NCBI GenBank assembly: GCA_035504755.1
Contig: DATJRM010000024.1
Span: forward strand, 765 to 64,764
Origin: Candidatus Acidiferrales bacterium
Lineage (GTDB): Bacteria; Vulcanimicrobiota; Vulcanimicrobiia; Vulcanimicrobiales; Vulcanimicrobiaceae
DNA: 64,000 bases
Reading direction: 5' to 3'
Shown here: positions 8,177-16,852 of the stretch, piece by piece
Layout of the letters: the number at the start of each line of letters is the position of its first letter
Numbering within the stretch: the stretch's first letter is position 1
The notes under the pieces: model-generated
Told to the model about the DNA's origin: nothing
The model's database searches: none
The model's input: only the letters and a program-made list of their open reading frames with translations
Translations under genes and position numbers: made by a program

Positions 8177-9117
8177 TGAAGCTGGGAGTCGTCGGCGCCG
8201 GCGCGGTAGGCGCGGCCGTGACGCTTGCCTCCTGCGTGCGCGGTGTCGCGCGCGACATCGTCCTGCTCGACAAAGATACGGCGCGCGCAAACGGCGTTGC
8301 TGCCGATATCCGGTACGGCACACCGCTTTCTCCGGAGTGCGACGTACGTGCCGGTTCGTACCGCGATCTCACCGGCGCAGCGCTGGTCGTCCTCGCGGCC
8401 GGGATCAACGAGAAGGCCGGTGGGGCCACGAATCGCCACGATCCGCTCGGACGTCTGCGCTTGCTCAACACGAACGCCGGCGTCTTCGAAGAGATCGTTC
8501 CGCAGGTCGTGGATGCCGCGCCGGACGCGACCATCCTCGTCGTCACGAATCCGCCCGAGCCGCTCGTCGACCTGACGCGCCGCCTGGCCGGACACGATCG
8601 CGTGCTGAGCACGAGTACGTTTCTCGATAGCCTCCGCTTCCGGTTCCACCTCGCCAAGTTCTTCGGTGTGAGCCCGATGAGCGTCGATGCCAACGTGATC
8701 GGCGAACATGGGACGTTCAGCGTTTTTCTGTGGTCGTCGGTGCGAATCGGCGGAACGCCGCTGCACGAACTCCTCGAGGATCGGAACATCCGGCTCGACG
8801 ATCTTCGTCAGACGATCGAGCAGGAAGTCCGCTTCGCCAACATCTCGATCATCGAAGGTACCGGCGCAAGTCAGTACGGCATCGGCATGGTGGTCGCACG
8901 CGTGGCCGATTGCATTCTGCGCGACGAGCACGCAGTGATCCCGGTCGGCTCGTTTCAGCGCGGCTACGGCGTCACGCTCTCTCTCCCGAGCGTCGTCGGC
9001 GGCGAAGGCGTCGAGAGCGTCTTCTGGCCCACGCTTTCAGAAGAAGAGCAGCGCGGCGTCGACGCGAGCGCGGAGCGTCTCGCGGGCGTCATGCAGCAGT
9101 TCGCCGGCGCCGCATAA
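8176..9117 (+). CDS. L-lactate/malate dehydrogenase family protein (LDH-like)
   Basis: I trimmed the 7966 ORF to ATG 8176, which overlaps the upstream TGA. Motifs include MKLGVVGAGAVGAA (Rossmann fold), VVTNP, DSLRFR and the catalytic IGEHG. The substrate loop is atypical (GATNRHDPLGRLRLL). Confidence 0.8.
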   Translation: MKLGVVGAGAVGAAVTLASCVRGVARDIVLLDKDTARANGVAADIRYGTPLSPECDVRAGSYRDLTGAALVVLAAGINEKAGGATNRHDPLGRLRLLNTNAGVFEEIVPQVVDAAPDATILVVTNPPEPLVDLTRRLAGHDRVLSTSTFLDSLRFRFHLAKFFGVSPMSVDANVIGEHGTFSVFLWSSVRIGGTPLHELLEDRNIRLDDLRQTIEQEVRFANISIIEGTGASQYGIGMVVARVADCILRDEHAVIPVGSFQRGYGVTLSLPSVVGGEGVESVFWPTLSEEEQRGVDASAERLAGVMQQFAGAA

Positions 9118-9132
9118 TCGAACGCCCGAAAA

Positions 9133-9792
9133 ATGGGCTGCTGGGTCATCTTCGATCTCGACGGGACACTGATCGAGAGCGAGCAAGTCTGGCGCGACGT
9201 GCGCCGTGACTTCGTCCTTGCACACGGGGGCCGCTGGACCGACGACGCGCAGACGACGATGATCGGGATGCGCACCGGCGAGTGGGCGCGCTATATCCAC
9301 GACGATCTCGGGGTCGCGCTTGCGCTCGACGAGATCGCGCGAGACGTTGCTGCGGCGGTGGCCCGGCGCTTGAGCGAGCATCTTCCCTACCTTCCCGGCG
9401 CCTCTGAGGTGCTCGAGCGCCTGTCGCTGTCGTTTCCGCTCGCGCTTGCAACCTCGGCCTCGCGCATCGTTGCGGAAACGGTGATCGCGACGGCCAATTG
9501 GCAGCGTTACTTCCAGGTCGTCGTCTCGGCCGACGACGTCGCGCGCGGCAAGCCCGCACCCGACGTCTACTTGCGCGCGCTGGAGCTGACGGGCGCGGAT
9601 CCGCGCGTCAGCGTCGCCATCGAGGACTCGACCAACGGCATCAAATCGGCCTATGCGGCGCAACTCGCGGTTATCGCCGTCCCCGATCGAGAATTTCGCC
9701 CCGAATCCAGTGCGCTCGCCCTGGCGACCGTGGTGGTGTCGAGCCTCGATCGGATCGACGCAAGGCTCGTCACGCAGGCAATCGCGCGATAG
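9133..9792 (+). CDS. HAD-IA family hydrolase (beta-phosphoglucomutase-like)
   Basis: It carries motif I VIFDLDGTLIESE, a later S/T motif and KPAPDVY...IEDS. Confidence 0.8.
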   Translation: MGCWVIFDLDGTLIESEQVWRDVRRDFVLAHGGRWTDDAQTTMIGMRTGEWARYIHDDLGVALALDEIARDVAAAVARRLSEHLPYLPGASEVLERLSLSFPLALATSASRIVAETVIATANWQRYFQVVVSADDVARGKPAPDVYLRALELTGADPRVSVAIEDSTNGIKSAYAAQLAVIAVPDREFRPESSALALATVVVSSLDRIDARLVTQAIAR

Positions 9793-9830
9793 TAAGCGCC
9801 CGCTTGCGAGCGACGGGGTAAGAGCCTCGC

Positions 9831-10367
9831 ATGAAGATCGCCGGTAGTGTACCTCTGATAGTGATGCTGACGACGGCGCTGATCGGATGCTCGGCGCAGC
9901 AGCAGCAGCGCGCGAGCGCCGATGCGAACCAGGCGTCGATCGTCTCGCAAGTCGTGGTGAAGCTCGTCGCTATCGACGTGGATGCGGCAAGCAATGTGCG
10001 AGTCTCGGAGAGCGGGGGCGTCGTCACGTTGAGCGGCGAAGCGCACGACGCCGCGGAGCGTGGGCGTTACGTGCAAGCGGCGCAATCGGTACACGGCGTC
10101 AACGCGGTTCGCGACGATCTCTCGGTCAACCCGCATCTGCGCGGCGTGCGCGAAGATTCCGTGGATGCGGCTCTAACCGTGCGCGTCACGGCGGCGATTG
10201 CCGCACAGTCGGGCGTCAACGTCTTCCATATCGCACCACAGGTGCATCAGGGTGTCGTCGTGCTCAACGGAAGCGTCCCGAGCGACGCCGTGAGGGATAC
10301 GGTCGTGCAGACCGTACGTGGCGTGCGCGGCGTCAAGCGCGTCGTCGACAACCTGCGTATCGGCTAA
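9831..10367 (+). CDS. BON-domain lipoprotein (OsmY-like, two BON domains)
   Basis: It has a signal peptide with lipobox LIGC and two repeats ending ...GVVTLSGEA / GVVVLNGSVPS...V.GV..V.N.L. Confidence 0.75.
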   Translation: MKIAGSVPLIVMLTTALIGCSAQQQQRASADANQASIVSQVVVKLVAIDVDAASNVRVSESGGVVTLSGEAHDAAERGRYVQAAQSVHGVNAVRDDLSVNPHLRGVREDSVDAALTVRVTAAIAAQSGVNVFHIAPQVHQGVVVLNGSVPSDAVRDTVVQTVRGVRGVKRVVDNLRIG

Positions 10368-10642
10368 TCGTAGCTGTCGCGAACCGTTTCGAGCAGTGTG
10401 TGACCGAACTCCACGATCTCTCCGTCGCCGTCGAGGATCTCCACCTCGAAGCCGGGATAGACGTTCTTGAAGCGTTCCTGCTTCCAGTGCGCGACCGTCC
10501 AGCTGTCGCGAGCGGCCTTCTCCCACGTCCACGGCGGCATGCCTTCACGATCGGAGCGAACGTTGCGCCCGTCGGGATAATGCACGCGCACTTGGAATCC
10601 CTCGACGCGCGCAATCTTCATCTCGAGCGTTCCGATCTTCAC
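10364..10642 (-). CDS. small cytoplasmic hypothetical protein (about 92 aa)
   Basis: I trimmed the ORF to GTG 10642, which sits 7 nt after GAGAGGG and just downstream of the stop of the preceding gene. It has no signal peptide and I recognise no family. Confidence 0.5.
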   Translation of the reverse strand: MKIGTLEMKIARVEGFQVRVHYPDGRNVRSDREGMPPWTWEKAARDSWTVAHWKQERFKNVYPGFEVEILDGDGEIVEFGHTLLETVRDSYD

Positions 10643-10658
10643 GACGCCGCCCTCTCGC

Positions 10659-11321
10659 CTAGCACTCGCGGGTGAAGCTGTACCCTCCGCCGCTGAGGTG
10701 CTTCCCATCGGCCGACAACGTCATGTTGTGGTAGCCGTAGTATGTCAGCTTGACGGCGTTACCGCTGAGCGTCCAGCTGCCGACGACGTCTTCGCTATCC
10801 GTGAGCTCGCCGCTTTGATCCATCTTGAGCGTGAGCGTGTTATCGCTGTCCGATCGCCACGTTCCGGCCAGTGTCGCGGTGGTGCAACCGCTCGGCGGCG
10901 GCGTGGGCGTTGCAAGCGGCGTTTGCGGGGTGCCCTCGAAGTTCGCGGCCAGATCTTCGCAGAGCGCTCGCGCCGAGTACGGATTGTTCGGCGCTTCGAC
11001 CATGCAACTGAAGCTGACGATATAACCGCCGGCGTGCGCGTAGCAATGGATCGTACCCGCCGACGTGATGTCAGGCGACATGTTCGGTCCAACCGGTCCG
11101 GTCGCGATCCACTCGCCCGGCGTCGGCTCGTTCGCATTTTCGAGATACGCTTCGAGTGCGGCCTTGGCTTTCGCGTTGCAGTCGTCCAACGTACCGCTCG
11201 CGACGACATGGCGGATACCGGTTGCGAAATCTACGGCTGCCGGTGCCATCGACACGGTCAGGAAAAGGATGGAAACGAGGAAAATCGCAAAGCTGCGTGC
11301 GCGCCGAACGAGCGCGGTCAT
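10659..11321 (-). CDS. secreted protein: N-terminal 4-Cys domain plus Pro/Thr linker plus C-terminal domain
   Basis: I trimmed the ORF to ATG 11321 (MTALVRRARSFAIFLVSILFLTVSMAPAA signal), which overlaps the upstream stop as ATGA. The N-domain is paralogous to 11318..11716. Confidence 0.65.
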   Translation of the reverse strand: MTALVRRARSFAIFLVSILFLTVSMAPAAVDFATGIRHVVASGTLDDCNAKAKAALEAYLENANEPTPGEWIATGPVGPNMSPDITSAGTIHCYAHAGGYIVSFSCMVEAPNNPYSARALCEDLAANFEGTPQTPLATPTPPPSGCTTATLAGTWRSDSDNTLTLKMDQSGELTDSEDVVGSWTLSGNAVKLTYYGYHNMTLSADGKHLSGGGYSFTREC

Positions 11322-11716
11322 TGTCCGCCTCCAAACGCCGTTGCGAGTTTGGTGCACAGATCGCTCGCGCTTACGGGATTCGTCGGCGTTTGCACCGAGC
11401 ACACGAAGCTCGCCGTGTAACCGCCGCCATCGATGGCGTGACATTCGATGATGGCCCACGCCGAAGGCGGACCTCCGGGGCTGGGCTGGGTCTGTGCCAG
11501 CCACTCGCCCGAGCCCTGACCCGCCTCGGTCGCGTTCTGCATGACGCTCATCAGCGTGCTCTGGGCTTTATCGCTGCAGTCGTTTACCGATTTGTCGGGC
11601 ACGGTTATGCGCGGTGCATTGACCGTATCGAGCGTTGCGTCGGCTGCTGCGCCGGCGAGGAGGACACCCAATAGCAGCGCGGCCAGAAACCGCGCTGCGC
11701 GTACGTAAAGTTGCAT
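11318..11716 (-). CDS. secreted 4-Cys domain protein (paralogue of the N-domain of 10659..11321)
   Basis: It has the signal peptide MQLYVRAARFLAALLLGVLLAGAAADA. The conserved pattern is DC..KA......GEW......C.A..GGY..SF.C.V..P.NP.SA..LC..LA..F. Confidence 0.65.
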   Translation of the reverse strand: MQLYVRAARFLAALLLGVLLAGAAADATLDTVNAPRITVPDKSVNDCSDKAQSTLMSVMQNATEAGQGSGEWLAQTQPSPGGPPSAWAIIECHAIDGGGYTASFVCSVQTPTNPVSASDLCTKLATAFGGGQ

Positions 11717-11724
11717 ATGCTCTG

Positions 11725-12315
11725 TTAGTTCGATTTCACGAGCGGGCCAAAGGTCGAGTCACCGCTGAACTGCTCCACGGTCTTGCCCGTTTCCGGATCG
11801 ACCGTGTAGAGGAGATCGGCGATCTCATCGGCGTGATCCTCTTCGTCTTTGAGGAGATCTTCGAAGAGCCGGCGGCTCACCGGATCCGCGCTCCCGAAGA
11901 ACTCCACGATGTCGCCGTACATCTTGATGACGACGCGCTCCGCGACGAGGTCCTCGCGCAGTAGATCGGCGAGCGTGTGACCGCTCTCGAATCGCGAAAA
12001 GGCACGCGAGGAGATGCCGTTGGGGTCGAGATTGGGCACGCCGCCGAGTTGTTTGATGCGCTCGGCGATGCGCTGCAGATGCCCCTCTTCGTCCTCCCAG
12101 TGTTCCTTGAAGAGCGATTGCAGCTGCTCTTGATGGACCGAGGTCGTCATGTAATAGTGCTGCTTGTAGCGCAGCACGCAGATGATCTCCGAAGCGAGCG
12201 CGCCGTTGAGCACGGCGTACACCTTGTCGAGCGGCAGGGAGTAATACGGCGTTACTGCGCCGTTCTCCATCGCTTCACGAACACGCGCCTCGACGGCTTT
12301 CACATCGTTTAGCAT
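11725..12315 (-). CDS. ferritin-like di-iron protein (bacterioferritin-related, extended termini)
   Basis: It has a four-helix ferritin pattern with di-iron ligand motifs: E in ASEIICVLRY, EEGH, E in LVAERV, and EEDH. At 196 aa it is longer than classical Bfr. Confidence 0.7.
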   Translation of the reverse strand: MLNDVKAVEARVREAMENGAVTPYYSLPLDKVYAVLNGALASEIICVLRYKQHYYMTTSVHQEQLQSLFKEHWEDEEGHLQRIAERIKQLGGVPNLDPNGISSRAFSRFESGHTLADLLREDLVAERVVIKMYGDIVEFFGSADPVSRRLFEDLLKDEEDHADEIADLLYTVDPETGKTVEQFSGDSTFGPLVKSN

Positions 12316-12390
12316 CGGCTCACCTCCGGGCGGTGAGCATTGGCGCTCGCGGCGCGACTTCCCCGCCGCGCCGCTACGCGCAAACGAGGC

Positions 12391-12864
12391 TTAGGTGGAT
12401 GCTTGCTTTGCGTTGAGCCAGTCGAACGCGCGCCGGAAAACGAAGATCGAGACCAGCAGCATGACGATCGCGAGCACGAGCCGCCGCGCGGCTTCGAAGC
12501 GCGCATTTGCGGTGGCCCCGGCACGCATCGCGGCGAGATCGGGCATACCGGACGGTAACGGCATCGGTGCCGCGCTGCTCCCCGTCACCTGGCCGCCGGC
12601 CCGATAGAAGACGTTCTTGCGGTGTCCGGGGCCACCCATCCGGCTGTGCCACATGAACGGCGGTCCCATCATCCCGGGGCGCAGCCCGGGGCCGCCGATC
12701 CGCCGCGCAATGAAGACGTGCGGTCCCCCGTGCGGTCCCGCGTGCGGGTTGACGACCGCGAACGCGCTGTTGACGATCCCCGCGATGCTGATGAAAAAGA
12801 CGGCCACGGCCAAGAGGCAGACCAGGTAGCCGAAGATTTCGGCGACGATTGAGTTGCGCTGCAC
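12391..12864 (-). CDS. two-TM membrane protein with Gly/Pro/Met/His-rich loop
   Basis: I trimmed the ORF to GTG 12864, which sits 7 nt after GGAGG (12872-12876 on the plus strand reads cctcc). TM1 is IVAEIFGYLVCLLAVAVFFISIAGIV. The loop is NPHAGPHGGPHV...GGPGLRPGMMGPPFMWHSRMGGPGH. TM2 is LVLAIVMLLVSIFVF. Confidence 0.5.
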   Translation of the reverse strand: MQRNSIVAEIFGYLVCLLAVAVFFISIAGIVNSAFAVVNPHAGPHGGPHVFIARRIGGPGLRPGMMGPPFMWHSRMGGPGHRKNVFYRAGGQVTGSSAAPMPLPSGMPDLAAMRAGATANARFEAARRLVLAIVMLLVSIFVFRRAFDWLNAKQAST

Positions 12865-12955
12865 TACAGCCCCTCCAGATCGGTGAATTGAGCCTAGTGT
12901 GCTCCGCCATCCTTGGAATTCACTCTGAGGTTGCCCCCTTGCCGGGGAGGCGCGC

Positions 12956-13744
12956 ATGCCGTACGATGCTGCCGTGTTCCATCGTGCTCTGACGACCGCG
13001 GCTTTGGCGTGCCTGCTGCTCTACCCGCAGGCGGCCCGAGCGGTCACCGCCCACGCGCCGCCCTGCACCAAACAGCGCGTCAGCCATTGCGTGATTCGGG
13101 AGCACGCGGTCGCGATGACGACGCAGTATTATCAGAACGCCTCGCGGGTGGGCGGTACGGCGCTTGCCGGGTACCCGCTTCTTCGGGCCGGCTACGGCAT
13201 CGCACAAAACCTCGAGATGTTTTACGATGCGCCGACGGAGCTTGCGATCTCCGCTCGTGGGGCGCATTACGAGGCGACCCGCTCGGGACTCGGCGCGCAG
13301 AGCGCGGTCGCGCAAGACGGCGACGTCGCGCTCCTCATGACGGCGGAGAGCCGGCCGCCGCTGAGCCCGCTCGCCAATTTGTACGTGCTGCCGCTCTTCG
13401 AAGCCCACGTCACGGCCGCGTGGTCGAATCCGGCCGGATCCGGTCTCGCCGCCGAATTCGGAACGTTGAACTACATTGCAACCAATCGGGACCGGCGGCG
13501 CTCGTCGATCTTCGACATGTTCTCGGCAACGGAGCCGGTGGGCGAGGGCACCTGGATCAGCGGCGAACTCGGCATGCAATCGAACGCAACCTGGGCGTCG
13601 GCGGGACAGACGCGCGGAATCGCTTCGCTCAAACGATCGCTCGGACAAAACACGCTCTTCAATGTCGATCTCGGCACGGCCCTCAATGCCTCGGGCAACA
13701 GCAAGCCGCACTACCTCGGCGCGGGGTTCACGTTCTTGCACTAG
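12956..13744 (+). CDS. secreted / possible outer-membrane beta-barrel hypothetical protein
   Basis: It has a signal-like N-terminus ALTTAALACLLLYPQAARA. The sequence looks beta-rich and ends ...HYLGAGFTFLH. I recognise no family. Confidence 0.45.
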   Translation: MPYDAAVFHRALTTAALACLLLYPQAARAVTAHAPPCTKQRVSHCVIREHAVAMTTQYYQNASRVGGTALAGYPLLRAGYGIAQNLEMFYDAPTELAISARGAHYEATRSGLGAQSAVAQDGDVALLMTAESRPPLSPLANLYVLPLFEAHVTAAWSNPAGSGLAAEFGTLNYIATNRDRRRSSIFDMFSATEPVGEGTWISGELGMQSNATWASAGQTRGIASLKRSLGQNTLFNVDLGTALNASGNSKPHYLGAGFTFLH

Positions 13745-13860
13745 CGAACTACGCCGGCGTGCGAAAGATCAACGCGAGCGGAGTGCCCGAAGAAGACTAT
13801 TGGTCACCCAAGCGCACGATCGGCGGCTACAGCAAACAGCTTTCAGTTCCACGGTGAGGA

Positions 13861-15495
13861 ATGATTAGTTATACGCACGGCGCGAGCTCCGTTCCGCTCA
13901 TCGGCGAGACGCTCGGTGAGCTGGTCGATCGTGTCGCGCGCGAGCACCCCGATCGCGATGCCGTCGTGAGCGTACATGAAGGCGTACGTTTGACCTACGG
14001 CCAGTTTGCCGCCGCCTGCGACGAGCTGGCGCGCGGGCTCATGGCGATCGGCGTGCGGCACGGCGATCGCGTGGGAATCTGGTCGACCAACAATGCACCG
14101 TGGGTCATCACCCAATTCGCGACGGCGAAGATCGGCGCGATTCTCGTCAACGTCAATCCGGCGTATCGCACCGTCGAGCTCGAGTACGCCTTGCGGCAAA
14201 GCGGCGTGAGCGTGTTGCTCTCGCAAGCGGAATATAAAACGAGCGCCTACCTCGACATGATCGAAGCGGTCCGCGATAAGCTTGAGAGCTTGCGCACGGT
14301 CATCGCGATCGGCGGTGACGCGCGCCGAGCGGGAGATCTGCGCTGGGATGAATTGCGCGAGCTCGCGCGGACGATCTCGGCGGAGGAACTCACGAAGCGG
14401 CAGGACGTAACGCAGTTCGACGAAGCCATCAACATCCAATACACCTCCGGCACGACGGGCTTTCCGAAAGGCGCAACGCTCTCACACCACAATATCCTCA
14501 ACAACGGATACTTCATTGGGGAGGCGTGTCGTTATACGCCGTCCGATCGCGTCTGCATTCCGGTGCCGTTCTACCACTGCTTCGGAATGGTGCTCGGAAA
14601 CTTGGCCTGTGTGACGCACGGTGCCGCCATCGTGATACCCGCACCGACGTTCGATCCGCAGGCGACGCTCGCGGCCGTGGAACTCGAACGCTGCACCTCG
14701 CTGTATGGTGTGCCGACGATGTTCATCGCCGAGCTCGCGCTGCCGGACTTCGCAAAATACGATCTCTCGTCGCTGCGGACCGGGATCATGGCCGGAGCAC
14801 CATGCCCCGCCGAGGTGATGAAACGCGTGCGTTCGGAGATGCACATGGACGAGGTCACGATCTGCTACGGCATGACCGAAACGTCGCCCGTTTCGTTTCA
14901 AACAGCCGTCGACGATCCGGTCGAAAAACGCGTAGGCACGGTCGGCCGCGTGCACCCACACGTCGAGGTCAAGATCGTCGATGAGCATGGACGCATCGTT
15001 CCGCGTACCGTGCCGGGCGAGCTCTGCACGCGCGGATATTGCGTCATGCTGGGCTATTGGGACGACCCCGAAAATACCGCAGCATCGATCGACGCGGCGC
15101 GCTACATGCACACCGGCGACGTCGCGATCATGGACGAGGACGGCTATGTGATGATCTCCGGGCGCGTGAAAGACATGGTCATTCGCGGCGGTGAGAACAT
15201 CTATCCGCGCGAGATCGAGGAGTTTCTTTATACGCATCCGGCCATTCGCGATGTCAGCGTCGTCGGCGTTCCCGACGAGCACTACGGCGAGCAGCTTTGC
15301 GCGTGGATCATTCTCCACGAGGACGCGCAACTTGCCGAGGAAGACGTGCGCGTCTACTGCCGCGGCAAGATCGCGCACTTCAAGGTCCCGCACTACGTGC
15401 GGTTTACCGACGCTTTCCCGATGACGGTCACCGGGAAGGTTCAAAAGTATAAGCTGCGCGAGGCCTTCTCAAAGGAACCGGCCGTCACTCGATAA
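13861..15495 (+). CDS. AMP-dependent acyl-CoA synthetase/ligase
   Basis: It has the AMP-binding motif [18 protein letters not shown], plus GYGMTE-like [13 protein letters not shown] and [10 protein letters not shown] at the C-terminus. Confidence 0.9.
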   Translation: MISYTHGASSVPLIGETLGELVDRVAREHPDRDAVVSVHEGVRLTYGQFAAACDELARGLMAIGVRHGDRVGIWSTNNAPWVITQFATAKIGAILVNVNPAYRTVELEYALRQSGVSVLLSQAEYKTSAYLDMIEAVRDKLESLRTVIAIGGDARRAGDLRWDELRELARTISAEELTKRQDVTQFDEAINIQYTSGTTGFPKGATLSHHNILNNGYFIGEACRYTPSDRVCIPVPFYHCFGMVLGNLACVTHGAAIVIPAPTFDPQATLAAVELERCTSLYGVPTMFIAELALPDFAKYDLSSLRTGIMAGAPCPAEVMKRVRSEMHMDEVTICYGMTETSPVSFQTAVDDPVEKRVGTVGRVHPHVEVKIVDEHGRIVPRTVPGELCTRGYCVMLGYWDDPENTAASIDAARYMHTGDVAIMDEDGYVMISGRVKDMVIRGGENIYPREIEEFLYTHPAIRDVSVVGVPDEHYGEQLCAWIILHEDAQLAEEDVRVYCRGKIAHFKVPHYVRFTDAFPMTVTGKVQKYKLREAFSKEPAVTR

Positions 15496-16717
15496 TCAAG
15501 AGGCCTTCGAGGACGAGCAACTTGACGAGCAAGTTGCGATGCTCGGGACTCAGCGACGGGTCCATCTCCAGCGCCGTTGTGGGGCCTTGCCGCAACCGCT
15601 CGAAAGCCTTGCCGCAGACGGGCGGGAATGCGACCACCTTTCCGGCGATGAGGAGTTCGATGCCTTCGCCGCGCTGACGAACCACGTAGGGAATCGTATC
15701 GTCGATCCGCACGCGTGTCGACGGCGCGATGTCAAAGGTTTGCAGCGCCTGATCGAACGCGCCGTTGGCGTTCGGGCGCGTCAAGCGGAAGAGCTCGTTG
15801 AGCGCGATGTCGACGGCGACTTGCATGCGCGGCGTCTCGAACGTCTGCGCTAGGCGGGATTCGAAGAACTCGCCCAGCCGCTTTGCCAAGTCTTCCCGTG
15901 CCAGCATTGCCGGCGCGATCGCGTGGCGCAGCTCGACGTCTTGATCGCCGGCGATGCGCAGTGCCAGCTCCATGACGTCGGTGATTCGAATCGGAGCGAG
16001 CGCGAAGGTGCAGTGGAGCGAGGCGCTGTTCGACGTTTTCGCTTCGTGCGGAAAGCCACGCGGAATGTAGAGCGTGTCGCCCGGACGCAAACGCACCTCG
16101 TCAAGCAGCTTGAGACCCTCGACTTTCGTCCCGGAGTGAAAGGGCTGGGACTCGAGGGGGAGCGCAATGATCGGCTCGTAGATGCGCCAGGTCTTTTCGC
16201 CGGTAATCTGCGCGGTCAGCGTGTCGTGTGTGTCGTGGTGGACGTTAAATCCCTGCGCGGCGGGCGGCGTAAAGTAGACGTTCGGCTGCGCAAATGCCAT
16301 CAGGTCACGCTGCAAAGCGTTGCAGAAGCGTTGCAGCCGCGCGCTGAAGAGCGCGGCGTCTTTGATGATCAGCGTGTATCCGTCGGCAAAATACGTGACG
16401 GCTTTTCGGGCGTCGATCCAGCGGCGTGGTCCCTTGCCGGTTTGACGCCAGCGAATGCTCGGGCGCTCGTACGTGAAGTCGCTCTCCTCGATCTCGGGAC
16501 TGCCGGCCTTGACGAGGGCGAAATTCTCAGGCTCGCGCGCGCCGACCACGAGCGCGTCCTCGACGTCGCCGACGGCGTACACGGCGGCGAAATAGGCGGG
16601 GTCGTTGCGCTCCACGTGCAGCGGGAGCTTTTCGAAGTGGCGCTGGAAGAACTCGGTCGTCGTGCGCGGCGCGAGGATGAACTCCAGCGCCGGCCGGCTG
16701 GTAATCACGGACTCCAC
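15485..16717 (-). CDS. JmjC/cupin-4 family oxygenase (RoxA/YcfD-like ribosomal oxygenase family)
   Basis: It has a cupin core with HxD...H (NVHHDTHD ... SLHCTF) and [12 protein letters not shown], followed by a C-terminal helical/winged-helix-like part. Confidence 0.65.
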   Translation of the reverse strand: MESVITSRPALEFILAPRTTTEFFQRHFEKLPLHVERNDPAYFAAVYAVGDVEDALVVGAREPENFALVKAGSPEIEESDFTYERPSIRWRQTGKGPRRWIDARKAVTYFADGYTLIIKDAALFSARLQRFCNALQRDLMAFAQPNVYFTPPAAQGFNVHHDTHDTLTAQITGEKTWRIYEPIIALPLESQPFHSGTKVEGLKLLDEVRLRPGDTLYIPRGFPHEAKTSNSASLHCTFALAPIRITDVMELALRIAGDQDVELRHAIAPAMLAREDLAKRLGEFFESRLAQTFETPRMQVAVDIALNELFRLTRPNANGAFDQALQTFDIAPSTRVRIDDTIPYVVRQRGEGIELLIAGKVVAFPPVCGKAFERLRQGPTTALEMDPSLSPEHRNLLVKLLVLEGLLIIE

Positions 16718-16852
16718 TTCAGGAAGTATCGACCGGCCGCGCGGCGGGGCTTAGGCTTTAGCCAAATGGACAAAGGTCCGGGGTCTGCGCTGTGTAAACG
16801 TCGAGCCAGCCATCCTCGGCCGCCATGACGATGTATTAAGGAGTCTTAGAGA

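Noticed and set aside
7376-8323. Long antisense or alternate-frame ORFs throughout the track. Examples are 7376..8323(-), 5690..6559(-), 30895..32007(-), 46300..47460(-), 47196..48566(-), 58646..60025(+), 26488..27720(+), 27020..28114(-), 40123..40728(-) and 41921..42970(-).
   Set aside because: Their translations are Arg/Gly/Ala/Pro-rich with no motifs, as expected from off-frame reading of high-GC DNA. Each is fully overlapped by an ORF with clear family signatures on the other strand or frame.
11725-12315. Ferritin-like protein as encapsulin cargo
   Set aside because: There is no encapsulin shell gene nearby. The C-terminal tail (TVEQFSGDSTFGPLVKSN) does not resemble the Gly/Ser/Leu-rich targeting peptides I know.
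16718-16852. Glutamine riboswitch / glnA RNA motif upstream of glnA
   Set aside because: The spacer is short and lacks the conserved motif elements I recall. It shows only a normal AAGGAG RBS.
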